The notes under the pieces are model-generated. The model had not been told where the DNA came from. It worked only from the letters and a program-made list of their open reading frames with translations, and ran no database searches. From positions 310,001 to 374,000 of the forward strand of contig NOWV01000014.1 of NCBI GenBank assembly GCA_003344405.1: a DNA stretch of 64,000 bases, written 5' to 3'. This DNA comes from Trichoplax sp. H2 (taxonomy: Eukaryota). How positions within the stretch are numbered: position 1 is the first letter of the stretch; the number at the start of each line of letters is the position of its first letter. Shown piece by piece: positions 26,849 through 40,300 of this stretch. The position numbers were made by a program, and so were the translations under genes.

Positions 26849-29800
26849 ATGGCTAACGAAAGTAAGTACAATATTAAACTGATAATAACGAGTGTCGATT
26901 GACGATTTATTTTACATTAAATCTACTTTTTTATAAAAAACATTTTTGGGGGAAATTTTTGCTAAACGGCTTTACTGTACCTAACGCTCACCCTAAGTCT
27001 GATAGGAGACAAGTGAGCAGAATCCATTCATAGTTCATACATGATTAAACGTGTACTACGGAAACAAAACCGTGGCTCGTAATGACAGTAGAATCATATA
27101 TATTTTATTTTATACATCGCTATTATAATGAACTGTAAATCTACTGTAAGATAAAATTGCAGCAAGGCGTAGAGAAACGTTGATATATTATTTAATGCAA
27201 GGTAGTTGCGAGAACTCCACAACCGTATTCATTAATTATATTAAAATAAGTTATCGTACCGAGTACAGTATAGAAGGCTGCTAACAAAACTAGGTTTTAA
27301 GGAAATGTCACATTAAAGCGGAAATAATTTAAAAATGACAACACCTGTGTATCCTACACTAGTATCTACCGTATATACCACCTCGTCCATTGATTCATGC
27401 AATTTCGAAAAGTGATTGCTAATCTACTAATGTCTTAACGTTAGTTTTACAGTAAAGCATTGCATCGACATAAAGACATATAGCACTGTATTTGTATGAA
27501 GGGAAAAAATTTGTTCTGTAGTGAATTATTCCTATGAGTGCAGTCAAATCATTGAGCTAGCAGTACAACTAGCCTTGCTTTGCTTTTTGTAACAAATCCT
27601 TTTAAAGGCCAATGTTTACCGCACTGAAAAACTTGCTGATTTGCTAATTTGTTGCTAGCTTTGCATTACCGCTCCTGCAGTCTAAAGCGCAGTATTTCAC
27701 TCTCCCCCCCCCCCCCATTTCTTGTACTGTCCATTTTAGTATATTGACTGCTTTTTAATCAAGCCTAGCCTGCGTCACTTCCTTGCAATATTTAGTGGTA
27801 TATCATCACTTTTACAGATTTTGTTATATAGTGTATTAGATAATAGTGTACTATGGTTTGAATATTTGAGCGGAAAACTTGTCTGGTTCGTAATGAAATT
27901 CATGTTTGTCTGTTAATCGGATGAGCTCCCTAAACCTTCACTACTGTAATATGGTATTATTTACCTATGGTAAAGAAATGAATTAATTAATTAAAATATT
28001 AATTCAATATACAGTACTGACAGTACTGCAGTATCCGTTTGTATTTTTAGTACTGTACAAGTGCATACTGTACTATACACAGTCAGTCCAGCACTACAGT
28101 GTACAGTATCATGTACGGTAGGTACAGTACAGTACAATATACTGTACGCCTCCTTTTTCGTCCCACCTACTCTTCGACACTACTGTATCGTATAGGACAG
28201 CACAGTCAATTACATCACCATCCAGTAGTTTACTCAACATGGGCTACCCATAGAGGTAAAAAGGGCTAAACTGCCAGGTTGCCGTTCTGTATGATCGCGC
28301 CAATCAGTACTAAACAATGATTTATTCACTAACTACACTTAACTGACTCATAAATCATGCCCGTTCCTGTTCCATTTCATTGACGATGTAGACAAAAAAA
28401 GAATTGGTCGCGCTACCTTCAAGCGTCGCCGAATTTGCCATATCCTAAATTTACCTGAAGAGCTACTGGTTATCCTATTTCAAAATCTATCTATTCGCGA
28501 TTTAGCTAAATTACGACGGGTAAGATGTTTCATTCAAATTGGACTATTAAACACAGTATAGACGTATTTATTGGGGTAATTAATATACTGTATTATTTGA
28601 TTTGATTGAAATTTTGGTAGGTTTGCACACGTTTTAACGACGTCATCAGTAACTGCCCAAGTCTATGGAGATGTGCAAACTTTCATGGTGTCTGGCCATC
28701 AGTTGACAATCTACTGGCTATGAAACGGTATGAAAGTTTATACACCATTCACACCAATAGAATTTTCTTATATTTATATCAATCCTCATTATATTAAATT
28801 TTGTTTCTACCTGTAAAGGGCTGCTCAAGTTGGCAATATCCAGGCTTTAGTGAAACTGGCCATTGCTTATTTATATAGCGAGGGGTGTAAGTCTCAATAT
28901 TAAAACTAAAACTTATTCAATAAGTAACATCATTCGGTACCTGCACAGTTGATAAAAACTAAACTGATATTAAATTAATTGTCTTACCTGTTGTAAAAAG
29001 ATTATCTGAATAATGATACATTTATTCTTGACCTACACGATTGCCATAATTTTCAGTCTAACTTGGAAGATTTGATAACGATTGTTATTTCAGCTGCGAT
29101 TAAATCACTTTCCAAGTACACATCAAGTTTTTGTTGATTTTTGAAATTTGTTGTGTGATTCCATAGACCATAACGTAACGCGAAAGTGACATCATTTAAT
29201 CAATTTAAAAGAGTATTTAAGGACTATAGCCCCTGATTATTTGTATCTTATTTTTGGAAAAAAATTAGTACCTGATGAAGGCATTATCAATGCAAGCCGA
29301 GCTGCAGAGTATTTTTGGATGCTCGAAGAAAAATGTAAGGGTATTGGTCCGATCATTTGGTTGTTTATCAGACCACCCTGGGCTCCTACTGCAAATGGCA
29401 ACTGTATCAAGGAATGTGTCTTCACCGAAATTAACGAATACTGCCAAATCGATGTACGTGTAGCACTTAAAACTATAGCGATATAATAAACTACTTTGCA
29501 ATACTGATGCTAATAATTAGTAAAGTTGTCAGAATAAGCAATAGCCGATTATTATATTCTAACTATTTTCACTTAAATCATCTATTTAACCTCATTTCCT
29601 GACAGGGCGTAACCAATTCCTTGTATTATGATGTTGCTAAAACATACAGTTTACAAGAAGTATGTTGTTCTTCATTAAAATTATAGCTTAAGTTCGATAT
29701 TACTTAAAAATGACTTAAAACCATGACTCCTACGTAGTTTATTATTTAAACTGCTTCTATTTTAACAAATAGTCTACAATCTATAAGTGAATGTTATATT

Positions 29801-32800
29801 ATACATACTATGCTGAAAGGCAAAACTTATTTTTCTGTAAAAGGGGGCAGATAAAGCTAAAATTGTGGAATTATTCGCTATTGCCGCCGAAAAAGGTTGT
29901 CCGGAGGCCTCTCTGGAACTTTGGAAAACGAAAGATCGGGAAAAGGTACTACTGTTATAACGTTCGTAATTTCTAAATTTCATTCGTATAGCTAGTTACT
30001 TGCATGAAGTATTCATCTAGAAAAATTATAAAAAGGTTTAAAGATCTGTTTTTAGGTATATCTATTTATCGACTCATTTATGAAAATTTAACAGGTGATC
30101 GATCCTGGCTATTATATTGAAGCTGCCAGACGCATACGTGAAATTGCAAACACGGGATGTCTGGAAGCTCAGGTATAATACTCTTAAAATTACAAAAGTA
30201 ATATTTTGGCGCTTGTTTAAGATTGAATTTTGATATTAGCATATATATTAATATCTTTACTTCTTCGTTCTCTTTGTTTCCGATAATAACCGTTAAAATA
30301 TCAAAAATGAACGTGCCTTCTATGTTCTATGTACATGTATGGTTACAGTTGGAGTTATGTTTGATATACGCTAAAAAAAAATTTACTGGCGTTAATCGAA
30401 ATCAAGCGACTGCTTACGTTCGAAAGGTTAGCCTTACACTTACTGAAGTTGTCTTCTCAAAGTAGCACTTATATTTTTACAAAATAACTGTTTTTGATTA
30501 GATGGTAGAAAGCTGTCGAAATATTAACATAAAATTAGTTAACAGAATTCAATTGGAATTGAACGATAGAATGAGGTATATCAACTTATTTTACATACGC
30601 ACACATCATAATTTCAGAAACTTGATTAATATATTTATAAAGGCGTACAAATATAATTAAATTAACATACTACGCTTTAATTATATAGGTATATACTTAT
30701 AGATTGGCTTGTTGAAGTAGCTGAAATGAAGGTAATTAAGCGAATTAATCATTTTATCTGCACACGTTGTTATAATCATTCAGCTTTGCCATACTCGTAC
30801 TATACATCTGATTCGAATATAATTTACTTTTCATTATTTTAGGAATTTTCTAGTGAAATGCTCTGTAATGCAATTGACTTAGTTGATCGCTATCTTGAAA
30901 TCAATCCTATACCGAGAAGTAACTTGCAGTTACTAGGTATTTCCTGTATGGTTATAGCCTCAAGGTTGGTTAAGGTATTAATGATTTCGTTCAATTTTGA
31001 TAAAAATCTAATAAAACCGTTTTGTGCAATCATGTTAAGATATCACTGTGTAGATATCATGACCATTCGTGAAGCAGCATGGTTAACGGATAATACTTAT
31101 AAATATGATGAAGTAGTTAGGTATGGTAAATTAATAATTCAGATAACATTGGCACTTAGATAGCGTTGTACTCAATCGATTATATGCTCTTCATTTTAGA
31201 ATGATTGGAGAAGTTTTTGCTGCTGTCAACGGAGAAATTCGCGTAAGTTCATTTAGTAATATAGCTAATGTCTGGATTCTGCTCAGAAAATGCTTTTAAC
31301 GTGATGTTATCGCTTTTATAAAATAGACCCCAAGTGCGTTCGATTACTTGAAGATTTTTTGTACGATTTCAGAAGTTAGCCAGAAATGTACATATTTAGC
31401 TAGCTTCATACTAGAACTCAGTTGGCTCTTCTTAGAGAATAGCAGGTTTGACTTTTGTTATATTTTTACCATTGATACAGTATACAAAAGCTAATTTCAG
31501 AGTAAAGTAGACAGTATTCATCTTTTAGACCTCATTATTTGCCATTGGTTACATTTCTTTTATAGATACAAATCAGCTGTTAAGGCCGCTGCTTCGTTAC
31601 TTCTTGCCAGAGTGCTTATTATGGGAAATGGTATGTCGATGATTTGATGTGGTTAGCACAATTTTCTTAGTTCTAAAATAGTAAAATTATATGTTGATAG
31701 AATTACCATGGACTGAAGAGTTAAAAAGTTATACAGGATTAAGCCTCGAAGATCTCTCTTCATGCGTTTTGCATCTGTATAAAAAATGGTATCTTAAATT
31801 GCTTATTCAACTATTCTTATCTTACTAAAAAAGTTCGCATAGTACTGATTATGGGATAAACGTTGCATTCTCTAATTTTATAGTTTAGCTGAAAAACCTC
31901 CTAAAGATTATTATAATTCGGAAGTTAAATCTGTACATAATAGGTAAATAGTCTGTACACAACTTCGATTTTAATCGTCCGCTTGTCTGATTATTTTATT
32001 AGCTTATGACGGAGATAATTTATTTTTATTGTAGGTATAGCGGTCCCAATAAGTATAATGTAGCCGAAACAGACGTAAGATAGACTTAGCAACCGTAATT
32101 GAATTTATTCTTTATATCTATTTAATGGCAACTGTTATCTTTATTGATATACTTTACAATTTATGAAAACAATAGATACCTAGCCTGGAAGTAATCGCAA
32201 AAATCCTACTCGTAAGCGATTTATCGTCATTTATTGAAAACGAAAGTATGGAAGATACGAGCTGTCAACAAATTGACAAATCAAAATGCCTTCAGACATT
32301 AAGCTTTGATGACGATGTTGATAGTACTATCCATATGTCGTCAAGTGAAAGTTCCATGTCATTTAGCGAGTGTTCCAATGACATTTCGGATACATCATTA
32401 TACGCTGAAAATGATAGGAAATTATGTGAAACTGCACCATTGTCTCCATTTAACAATGAAATTGAGACTTTATATACTGATCAATTTGGCGATGGAGCCA
32501 TCATATCGGAAGCAAAGCCTAAATTCGACGGTGCAGTTGATATTGCAGAGAGTAACATGAACGAGAGATTAACAGGGAATGATTTTGTACAGACAGATGC
32601 TTGTAATGCTGATGCATTATTTGAAGAAAATTATGAACTACTATCTAGACCGTTAACTTCGCCGGAATTTTATTACAACGAAGGCTGTAAAGGACGGCAG
32701 CTAGATATAGACAATGGACACCAGTTTAACGCTTTTTCAACTGACAACTTCGATGACCTTTCAAACAAAGATAGTAGGGCAGGCTTCATTCCAATATCGG

Positions 32801-32916
32801 AAATTGACGCCAGATGTAATAATAAGCTAAAAATTTCGTTTTCGAGCAATGGCTCATTACCACATGATCAGAATCAAACTTTAGACTGTAAAGGGCATAT
32901 GCCATTTCTAGAATAA
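26849..32916 (+). CDS. CCNF: Cyclin F (F-box + cyclin box, PEST-like tail), about 20 coding exons
   Basis: Probable start exon 26849-26861 (ATG GCT AAC GAA A|gtaagt) is in phase with exon 28392-28519 (F-box ILNLPEELLVILFQNLS). Also GNIQALVKLAIAYLYSEG, WLFIRPPWA..GNCIKECVF, GCLEAQ, cyclin box MRYILIDWLVEVAEMK, LQLLGISCM and IMTIREAAWLTDNTYKYDEVVRMIGE. Last exon ~32176-32916. Probable 5'UTR exons end at 26233 and span 26539-26650. Confidence 0.93.
28005..28205. repeat. TACAGTA/TACTGTA repeat cluster in the first coding intron of cyclin F
   Basis: Multiple acagtactg, tactgtac and gtacagtacagtac units, the same motif family as 13420-14560. Confidence 0.75.
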
Positions 32917-34067
32917 TATACTCCTATATTGTAAATTTCAACTTTGCGGTGCAACTAGGAAATAGTTTTTTTGATAACAGGTCTAATACACCTTAGTTAA
33001 AAAGCTTATATATAAAATGTGCTTTTCTTATTTGTAAGAAATTTAACTGCTTTAGCAATGTTATTCTATAACACAAAATTACGATAATATTCATGATCTC
33101 TCGCCCGTACGATTTAATTATTGTTTGATAAAATTTTTGTTATTGTGCTGAAAATGAATATAATTTAGCGCAGTGGATTGAATTTAGACAAACTATCTAT
33201 TCATCTTTTTTCTATCCAAAATGTGCATGTATAATAGTCGATTGTAATCCGTCCAGCAATATCCTTTAGTAATGCTAGGAATGTGATCTAATTTATGCTA
33301 CGGAATTTTTCTGTAATATGTAAGGTATTAGGACTTGAATATTTATCAATTCGACAATTTTATAAGTTGAGTCTTGAAGTGCTGTACAGTGCTTTGCTTT
33401 TCGATATCTGCTCGTCTTTTGCTGCACCATTTTATTGCTTAATATAAACAGCGAAATAGGGTACTACCGAATTTGTATGCATTGATGATTGTGATGTTGT
33501 ATTATATTGTATAAATGTATTGTGTATAGGCCAAATTTATTAAAGCGGTGTTCTTTACTTTGCAAGCTCTATAGATCATTAACATGCATTAAGGTATGCT
33601 TGATAATTTGACTGCAATAGTTGTATCTGTTATAAAATCTCTGGAATAGCCTATTTCAGTCTTGTAAAATGCTTCGCCGGTAACAAAAAAGTATCTGCAC
33701 TATATATTTATAGACCGTACTTTGCGTATTGATTGTTTCTCCATCACTACCTCCTATTGGAAGTACCATTAGTAACTCATGTGCGGAACTCAAAGTTTTT
33801 CTAAAAGCAGGTTTTGAAGATCCGTGCTTAATCTGATTGTTTAGCTCATTTAAATGATAGTGCTATTATTACCATCTAAAGATTCATACTTGTTTGATAC
33901 ATTAGCAGTAAACGCAAAAAATTTAACGCTGGTAAACGTGTATAATAATAATTATTATTATTATTCAGTAATGAAAAAGATTCATTCATATATAATACAG
34001 TACATTAATGTTATATGTAAAAAATTTAATTTAATCCAGTAACCATGTATAATCATAAATCATTCAT

Positions 34068-37000
34068 TTAGTCGGCCCAATAAATAAGCCGATAGTTTTT
34101 CTTTCCTGCAATAAAAAACAACCTCTTAACACAGTTTAACACAACTCGTATACGTATATAAGATCAAACATGTATGCAATACCTGTCCTGACCACTGTGA
34201 TCCTGCCATCTAATCTCCGGATATCACTTTCTACTTTGGCTTTATAATCCGTAATTTTCGTATCGTTAACGTAAAAACCGCCGCTTTCTATTAATTTTCG
34301 ACCTTGATCTTTAGTTAAAAGAGGCAATACATATCAAACCATAGATACATATATGTTATTACTATAATCCATACATTAATTCGTTGAAAAATGATGCAAA
34401 ATAATCTAATGAACTACAATTATTATCGTACAGGGGTCTTGCTCTGTTGATCAAAACATTGGTATCACTTACAAACTAATATTCGAGCTTAGTAGATCAT
34501 ACGAATTGGGTCGGAATATACAGTAATACTTGGACAAGTGACAACATCAACATTTCGATTAATTTCTCTCAGTATAACTATGGTGTAGCTAAGAGTTAGA
34601 TTGTAAGCTACATTTAATACGACGTGCCGTAGGCTATGAACCTCGGTGAATGAGGATACTCTGTTGGAGTACGGATGCTTATACGTAATAGGTCTATTAT
34701 AGTCAGTCAATTGTAACCCCTGTATTTGAAAACCGGGTAGAATAATGCTATGCAGATTCTAGAGTAAATACACACATAACTTTAGAGAATTTTTTAGTAA
34801 CTCTTTTCTATAGCTGTGTTCGGCTAATAAGAGAGATGTAGTAGTTTCAGTCTAGGTAAGAGCCTATCGCTTATTTTAATAAATCTTTCATTTCAAAAAA
34901 TCTCAAAGTCTTGATTTTTATATCATCACAAGTATACGTATATAACATGATTCTTAAATGTCACACGAGAACGAATTAATCTCTTACTGAAAGATGGAAC
35001 AGCACCACAATTCAATGCTAGTTCGGCCATGTTTCGTGACTTATCCCATTTAAGTTGAATATTCGGTACATCACGTAGAATCTGCTGTAGTTTATTTGCT
35101 AGAAAATCGATAAAAATATAAAGACTAAGATAAAAATAGTAATAACTTAAATAAAACCGTAAACATAAAAATGAAGTGAAATAGAACTAACTGGATTTGT
35201 TATTTAGATTATTGGGATTTCCGTACAGAACCTCTGTAGCATCACAAGCTTCTTGCATACAGTCCTCTAAAGGAATAAGCATTCTTGTTATGAAGCATCA
35301 GATAAGGTTGAAATCATTTATTCTTTACAAGAATCTTAATATAGTATGCTTATTACCGCCATGGACAAGTCTGGTAACTTCATTTGCTAATATTTTTGTG
35401 CCATATCGTTCTTCAGGTTTCTCCTGTTTTCCATATCAACAAAACGATATCGTTACTTTACACCTGTTTAAGTTTCGTTAAAAAATTTTGTATATAATAG
35501 TGTTCGTGATTGATATCATACCAAGTGTCTAGCTACAATGTTGCGAATGTCGTTGACCGGTATAAAGGTAAAAATTTTTAAGAACTTTTCCACGTCTGCA
35601 TCTTCCGTTCTCATAAAATACTAGAGCAAGAAGATCTCATTCTTAGGCAGTATAAATAGACTTACAATCGCGAAACTTGGGCCTTGAAGTGTTAGCAAAC
35701 CTGATAGAATTCATAAAGTGACGTTTTAGCACGTGATAACCAAATGGCATTGCCAAGACTTTTTCCTAATTTCTCTCCGCTAGCATTTGTCAAGAGAGGG
35801 ACAGTTAGGCCTAGTCGTAACATAATTACATAAACTTAGTTGCGTTTCCAGGCTTTGTACAAGAAAGACCTTATGATTTTGCATTTTATTAATCCGAAAT
35901 GATTTGGCAAGAAATAAAATAAATGATGAGCTAAAATTCATACCATGAACTCGTTTTCCATCAACTTTGTGGATAAATTCACAACCAGCTACAATATTAC
36001 CCCATTGATCACTTCCTCCCACCTGCAAGATCGATAAGGTAAGTAAACAGCTTTCGATTCACAGTTAAATTTTGAAAATCTTTGGAGACTATTAATTTAG
36101 TTTATTTAGTCTAACTTGAATGTGACAATTGCGCTCGGCACACATCCTCTGAAAGTCGTAAGCTTGGAATACTTGATAAAAAAATTCAGTTAAACACATG
36201 CCTTCCGGGCTATTCAATCTTTGCTTAACACTGATAATAATAATAATAAAAAAGATTGTTATTGAGAATTAACATTACATTAACCGATCCATGATACATT
36301 ATAATCAGTCATATTAGCCATCTTACCTATCCCTGGATAACATAGCTCCCATCCGAAAGTGTCGTCCAACAGATGATAAAAAATTGACAATATTAAAGTT
36401 TTCGTACCATGTAGCATTATTTAAAATAACATCACCGAAATTTCTACGAGTATAAAAAAAACCTCCTTCAATATATCGCGTGTGAAAGAAAGTCAATATT
36501 ATATGCGTATCTTCATGCATAATTATCCGATCGGTATTGTAAAATGCACAACATATACCTGGATTGTTTAAATAATAATTGATCCTTATCCGACCACATA
36601 TTAAAATCATTATGGAGTAAATCTGAAATCTGACATTGAATTTCTTGTACATTATGTGTTACGGTATTTATCGACAACGGATCGCGTTCCTTTAATCTAC
36701 CGCTGGGATCACCAATGAGACCAGTTGAACCTCCAATCTAGAGCGAATGCTAGACGTCAATTTAAATGCATAGATACACCACAATCTGCATCTTTTACAT
36801 ATTTATTCTTCCGTTTAAATTACAACACTTACAACGAAATATGGGATATGTCCAGCTCTACGTAGATGCAGTAAAGTCATTATCGTTACTAGATTACCAA
36901 CATGTAAACTTTCAGCCGTAGGGTCTATTCCAGCATATGCAGACCTATCCGGACTTTGCAGGTGCTCCTGCAAATAACTAACGTACGTGAAAAGCAGGTA

Positions 37001-37393
37001 TTTTAGAAGAATTTTAGCCAAGAAGAAGAATCTATCTACTGTACAAGGTGAAGATTTTATGCACAAGGTTGTAAATCATACGCAGTATCCGCTAGTATTA
37101 TATAAAGAGTCTGTTTATGATATCGTGCACTCTACTCAGACATGTATAAGCTCGATTAAAACTGAACAATTTAAGTGACAACCTGAAATGATAGTAAACG
37201 TATGGTAAACTGGCGTTAACCTCCTGTAAGCTCATCTATGCAGCAAACTATACCTAGTGGAGTTAGCAATTAACCCTCTTTCCAGCAAAGTATGGTAAAC
37301 ATCTGTACTTTGATAGCATCTCCATGTCATCGTCAGACTCTTTGCAAGCCTGCTCACGCCATAATGTGTTCTTGATGACCAGATCTTATTCAT
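34068..37393 (-). CDS. YARS2: Tyrosyl-tRNA synthetase, mitochondrial (bacterial-type), 13 exons
   Basis: Exon 1 (37254-37393) [30 protein letters not shown] has a presequence-like R/S-rich composition without acidic residues. Then [16 protein letters not shown] (HIGH motif), [50 protein letters not shown] (KMSKS motif), S4-like [13 protein letters not shown], and C-terminus [14 protein letters not shown]. Confidence 0.94.
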
Positions 37394-40300
37394 CTTTTTG
37401 CAAACCTTGAGATTGCTAATTTTCGCCGATTTCTTAACTTAATAGTAACTTTAGTGTTGTATACAGGATAATCTTCACATTCATTAGACTCAATTAGCTT
37501 CTATTTCATGCAGTACTGATCGGAGACTTTCAGCCTGCAAGTGCTACCAAGGAAATACTACGTTCAATCCGTTTTCGCAGCTTTCTGCAATGCTTGGCTA
37601 GAAACTTCGAAAGAGAAATAAATGCCAATGGCGTAGGATGTGTGTAGAAGCGTCTGTACGTCTGTTCATCTGTGGTTCAATCAGTGTGCAAGGCTGGTCA
37701 AAACCCTTATACATTACCAAACAATACCTAGCGTTATAGTATTTGGTAGTGATCGAGGCGAGCTTCCAAAATGGCAATTCTTAGTGAAATGTTCACCCGC
37801 ATAGCTATGTCCAAAAATGTTCATAACTGGTTACTTTAAACAAGAATAGTGTGTCTAAACAGATTATTTAATATTCTTTTTGTTGCAAGATCTAGCAATA
37901 GTCAAGTTTATTCTTTACAGTACAGAATACTTCATCTCTAAAGTGTTGAGATTGGCTCTAAGGTAGGGTAAAAATGGCGACTAAACACCAATGACAACAC
38001 TTTGCTGTAAGTTACCGGCAATTTTAGAAAGAGTAAGATGGTTTATCTTTGCATTTACAATAAGAATTATTGTTGAACACTATACCTAGAGATTATAATC
38101 TGGTGTAAAGTCGTCAATTGGAATCATTAATGCATTCAGATATGCCTGAAAAATTCGACATTTACCTCAGGAATAACTGCTTACTTGTAGACATGAGTGG
38201 AATGATACATTTACTTGTATCGCTAGATACTGTTTGGTAATGTATACTCATTTTGGACCAGAAACCAATACGCTACATGATACAATCTTTAGCCAAGAAA
38301 TATGGCTAACCCTAACAATTACGAGTATAAACTGTAAATAAGCATGGAATTCTAGAACTACGTAGTTCTAAAGGTCCATGATATAACATATATATACATA
38401 TACTAATGGACTGACAGCTTGTCATACTTTGTATACTTGTTGACGAAGTAGAATATTGATTTGAACCCTTTACGTCATTGTGAACATAGAGGAGATGGAT
38501 AGTGTAGAGGCTTCCGGCAATATTGGATTATTTCCAGCTATAGTTTACCGTAGTGAATGCAAAATTGATTTATTCGACTTGTTAATAGCATTTGCCATTG
38601 ACATTGGCATTAATTGTATGACTGCCAGAATCGTATGTTTTAGTCAATCATTGACAAGCTAGCAGCATTGCACAACGTAAATCAAGGTTCTTCACAGTGT
38701 TCTCCAATCCGCTGGACGAAGGCAAGAATCGATGATGAAAATGCCATCGAGTTTAATTTGACAGAATAAATATCAAATAGTTATTTGAAGCACTCAATAT
38801 TCGATTTATCTGTGAGTCATTTAGTAGATAGTAAGGTGTATCCAGGTGGACAAGATGTTCAATCGCAATAGGATCCTTTCGACTACGTCGTGAACTGTGG
38901 AGACAGGGATTAGTGTTTTAGTACATCTTGAATCAATTTACCGTCGGAAAGGCGATAGCATGCATTCGATGCAGGCTCTACCGGCACAATTGGATCGTAT
39001 AATGAACGTGCAATATTAGCGTATTCTCATTTTTCAATAATGAATTCTACTTAGAGATGGTGTATATTGTCAGGAAGTTAAGACAGGATTATGTTCAGTC
39101 GATTAAACTCCTGTACAATATCGATCTCAAAGGAGACAAAACCAATATGAATATATTACTGATGACTAATAAATCATGCATTGCTAGTTCTACGCTACTG
39201 GCCAAGTATTGCCTATCGAACACTCTGCATTTAGTAGTATCGATTTTATTCCAAGTAATATCATTTTAGTTCGGGTTTAATTTTCGATATCTTGGGATAG
39301 CTTGAAACTAAACCGTAGACAGGAGTAGGATAGCATACCTAATGCAGTCTATCATTTATCTTCCGAATACCGAGTCAATAAACAATGGAATATAGGCAAT
39401 ATACTTATAAAGTAAAATGTTAAATTTATTCGATGAATATATTAACTCAGCCATCAAACTATCTTGTCTTTAAAAACGCGTCATTTCTATAACACTCCTA
39501 TGCCAATTCCCATCGCGATCCAAAGACAGGACCGGATATCCTATCTCGGTTGGTTGACGGCTATTCTTGAAATCTTTATCTAGAAGCTTATTTCTGGACA
39601 CAGTAAACTAAATAGCTCCGAACAATGAAATAAAATTGATAAAAGTAAACTTTCACTTTGTATTTTGGTGAGTAAATAAGTTTGATTCCAACTACACTTA
39701 TAGCACAATAGGTCAGCTACATGGCGATTAGAATAACTATTTTGATGCAGTAGGTTATCAACCTTTCCAATTAACCTAAACTGATTAATTATAGATATAA
39801 TTATTGAATACTATTGGGAAGCGAACTTGAAAACAACGGAAGATGCATACATAATATGCCCATCTATATTCCGCTCATAAATATCCAATACTAAAACTAT
39901 TTATAAGTTCCCATCACATTTTAGATACCGCTTAAAGAACAAATAGGAAACTAGCCGAATTTATCGACCATAGTGCAATAATTACGGTAACATCGACGCG
40001 TGATTAAGGTTTTTAAAATGATACATTACTTTGATTTATCCAAAAAAAGCATTCCTAGCTGTCAAATTCTTAGTTGTATTTAGAAACAGATTAGAATAAA
40101 ATACACTACGTAGTCGAATGTCTGTTATTTTCACTGCTTATTTTGATGCCACGAGGAATTGTAGTATGATAATTAGACTTGATTACCAGTACAATAAATG
40201 TTAATCTATCTCTTGGGTTAATTTCTCTTCTTATTAACCGATCCCTTAACCAATTGTCTTACTACTGATACAAATTCTTCCATTATTTATATTGAACAGC

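Noticed and set aside
28357-28383. ATG at 28357 as the cyclin F start
   Set aside because: It is out of frame with the F-box and stops after 8 codons. The ATG at 28239 also stops at once.
37082-37091. 10-nt microexon in YARS2 intron 1
   Set aside because: Not needed: the acceptor at 36978 joins exon 1 in phase ([11 protein letters not shown]).
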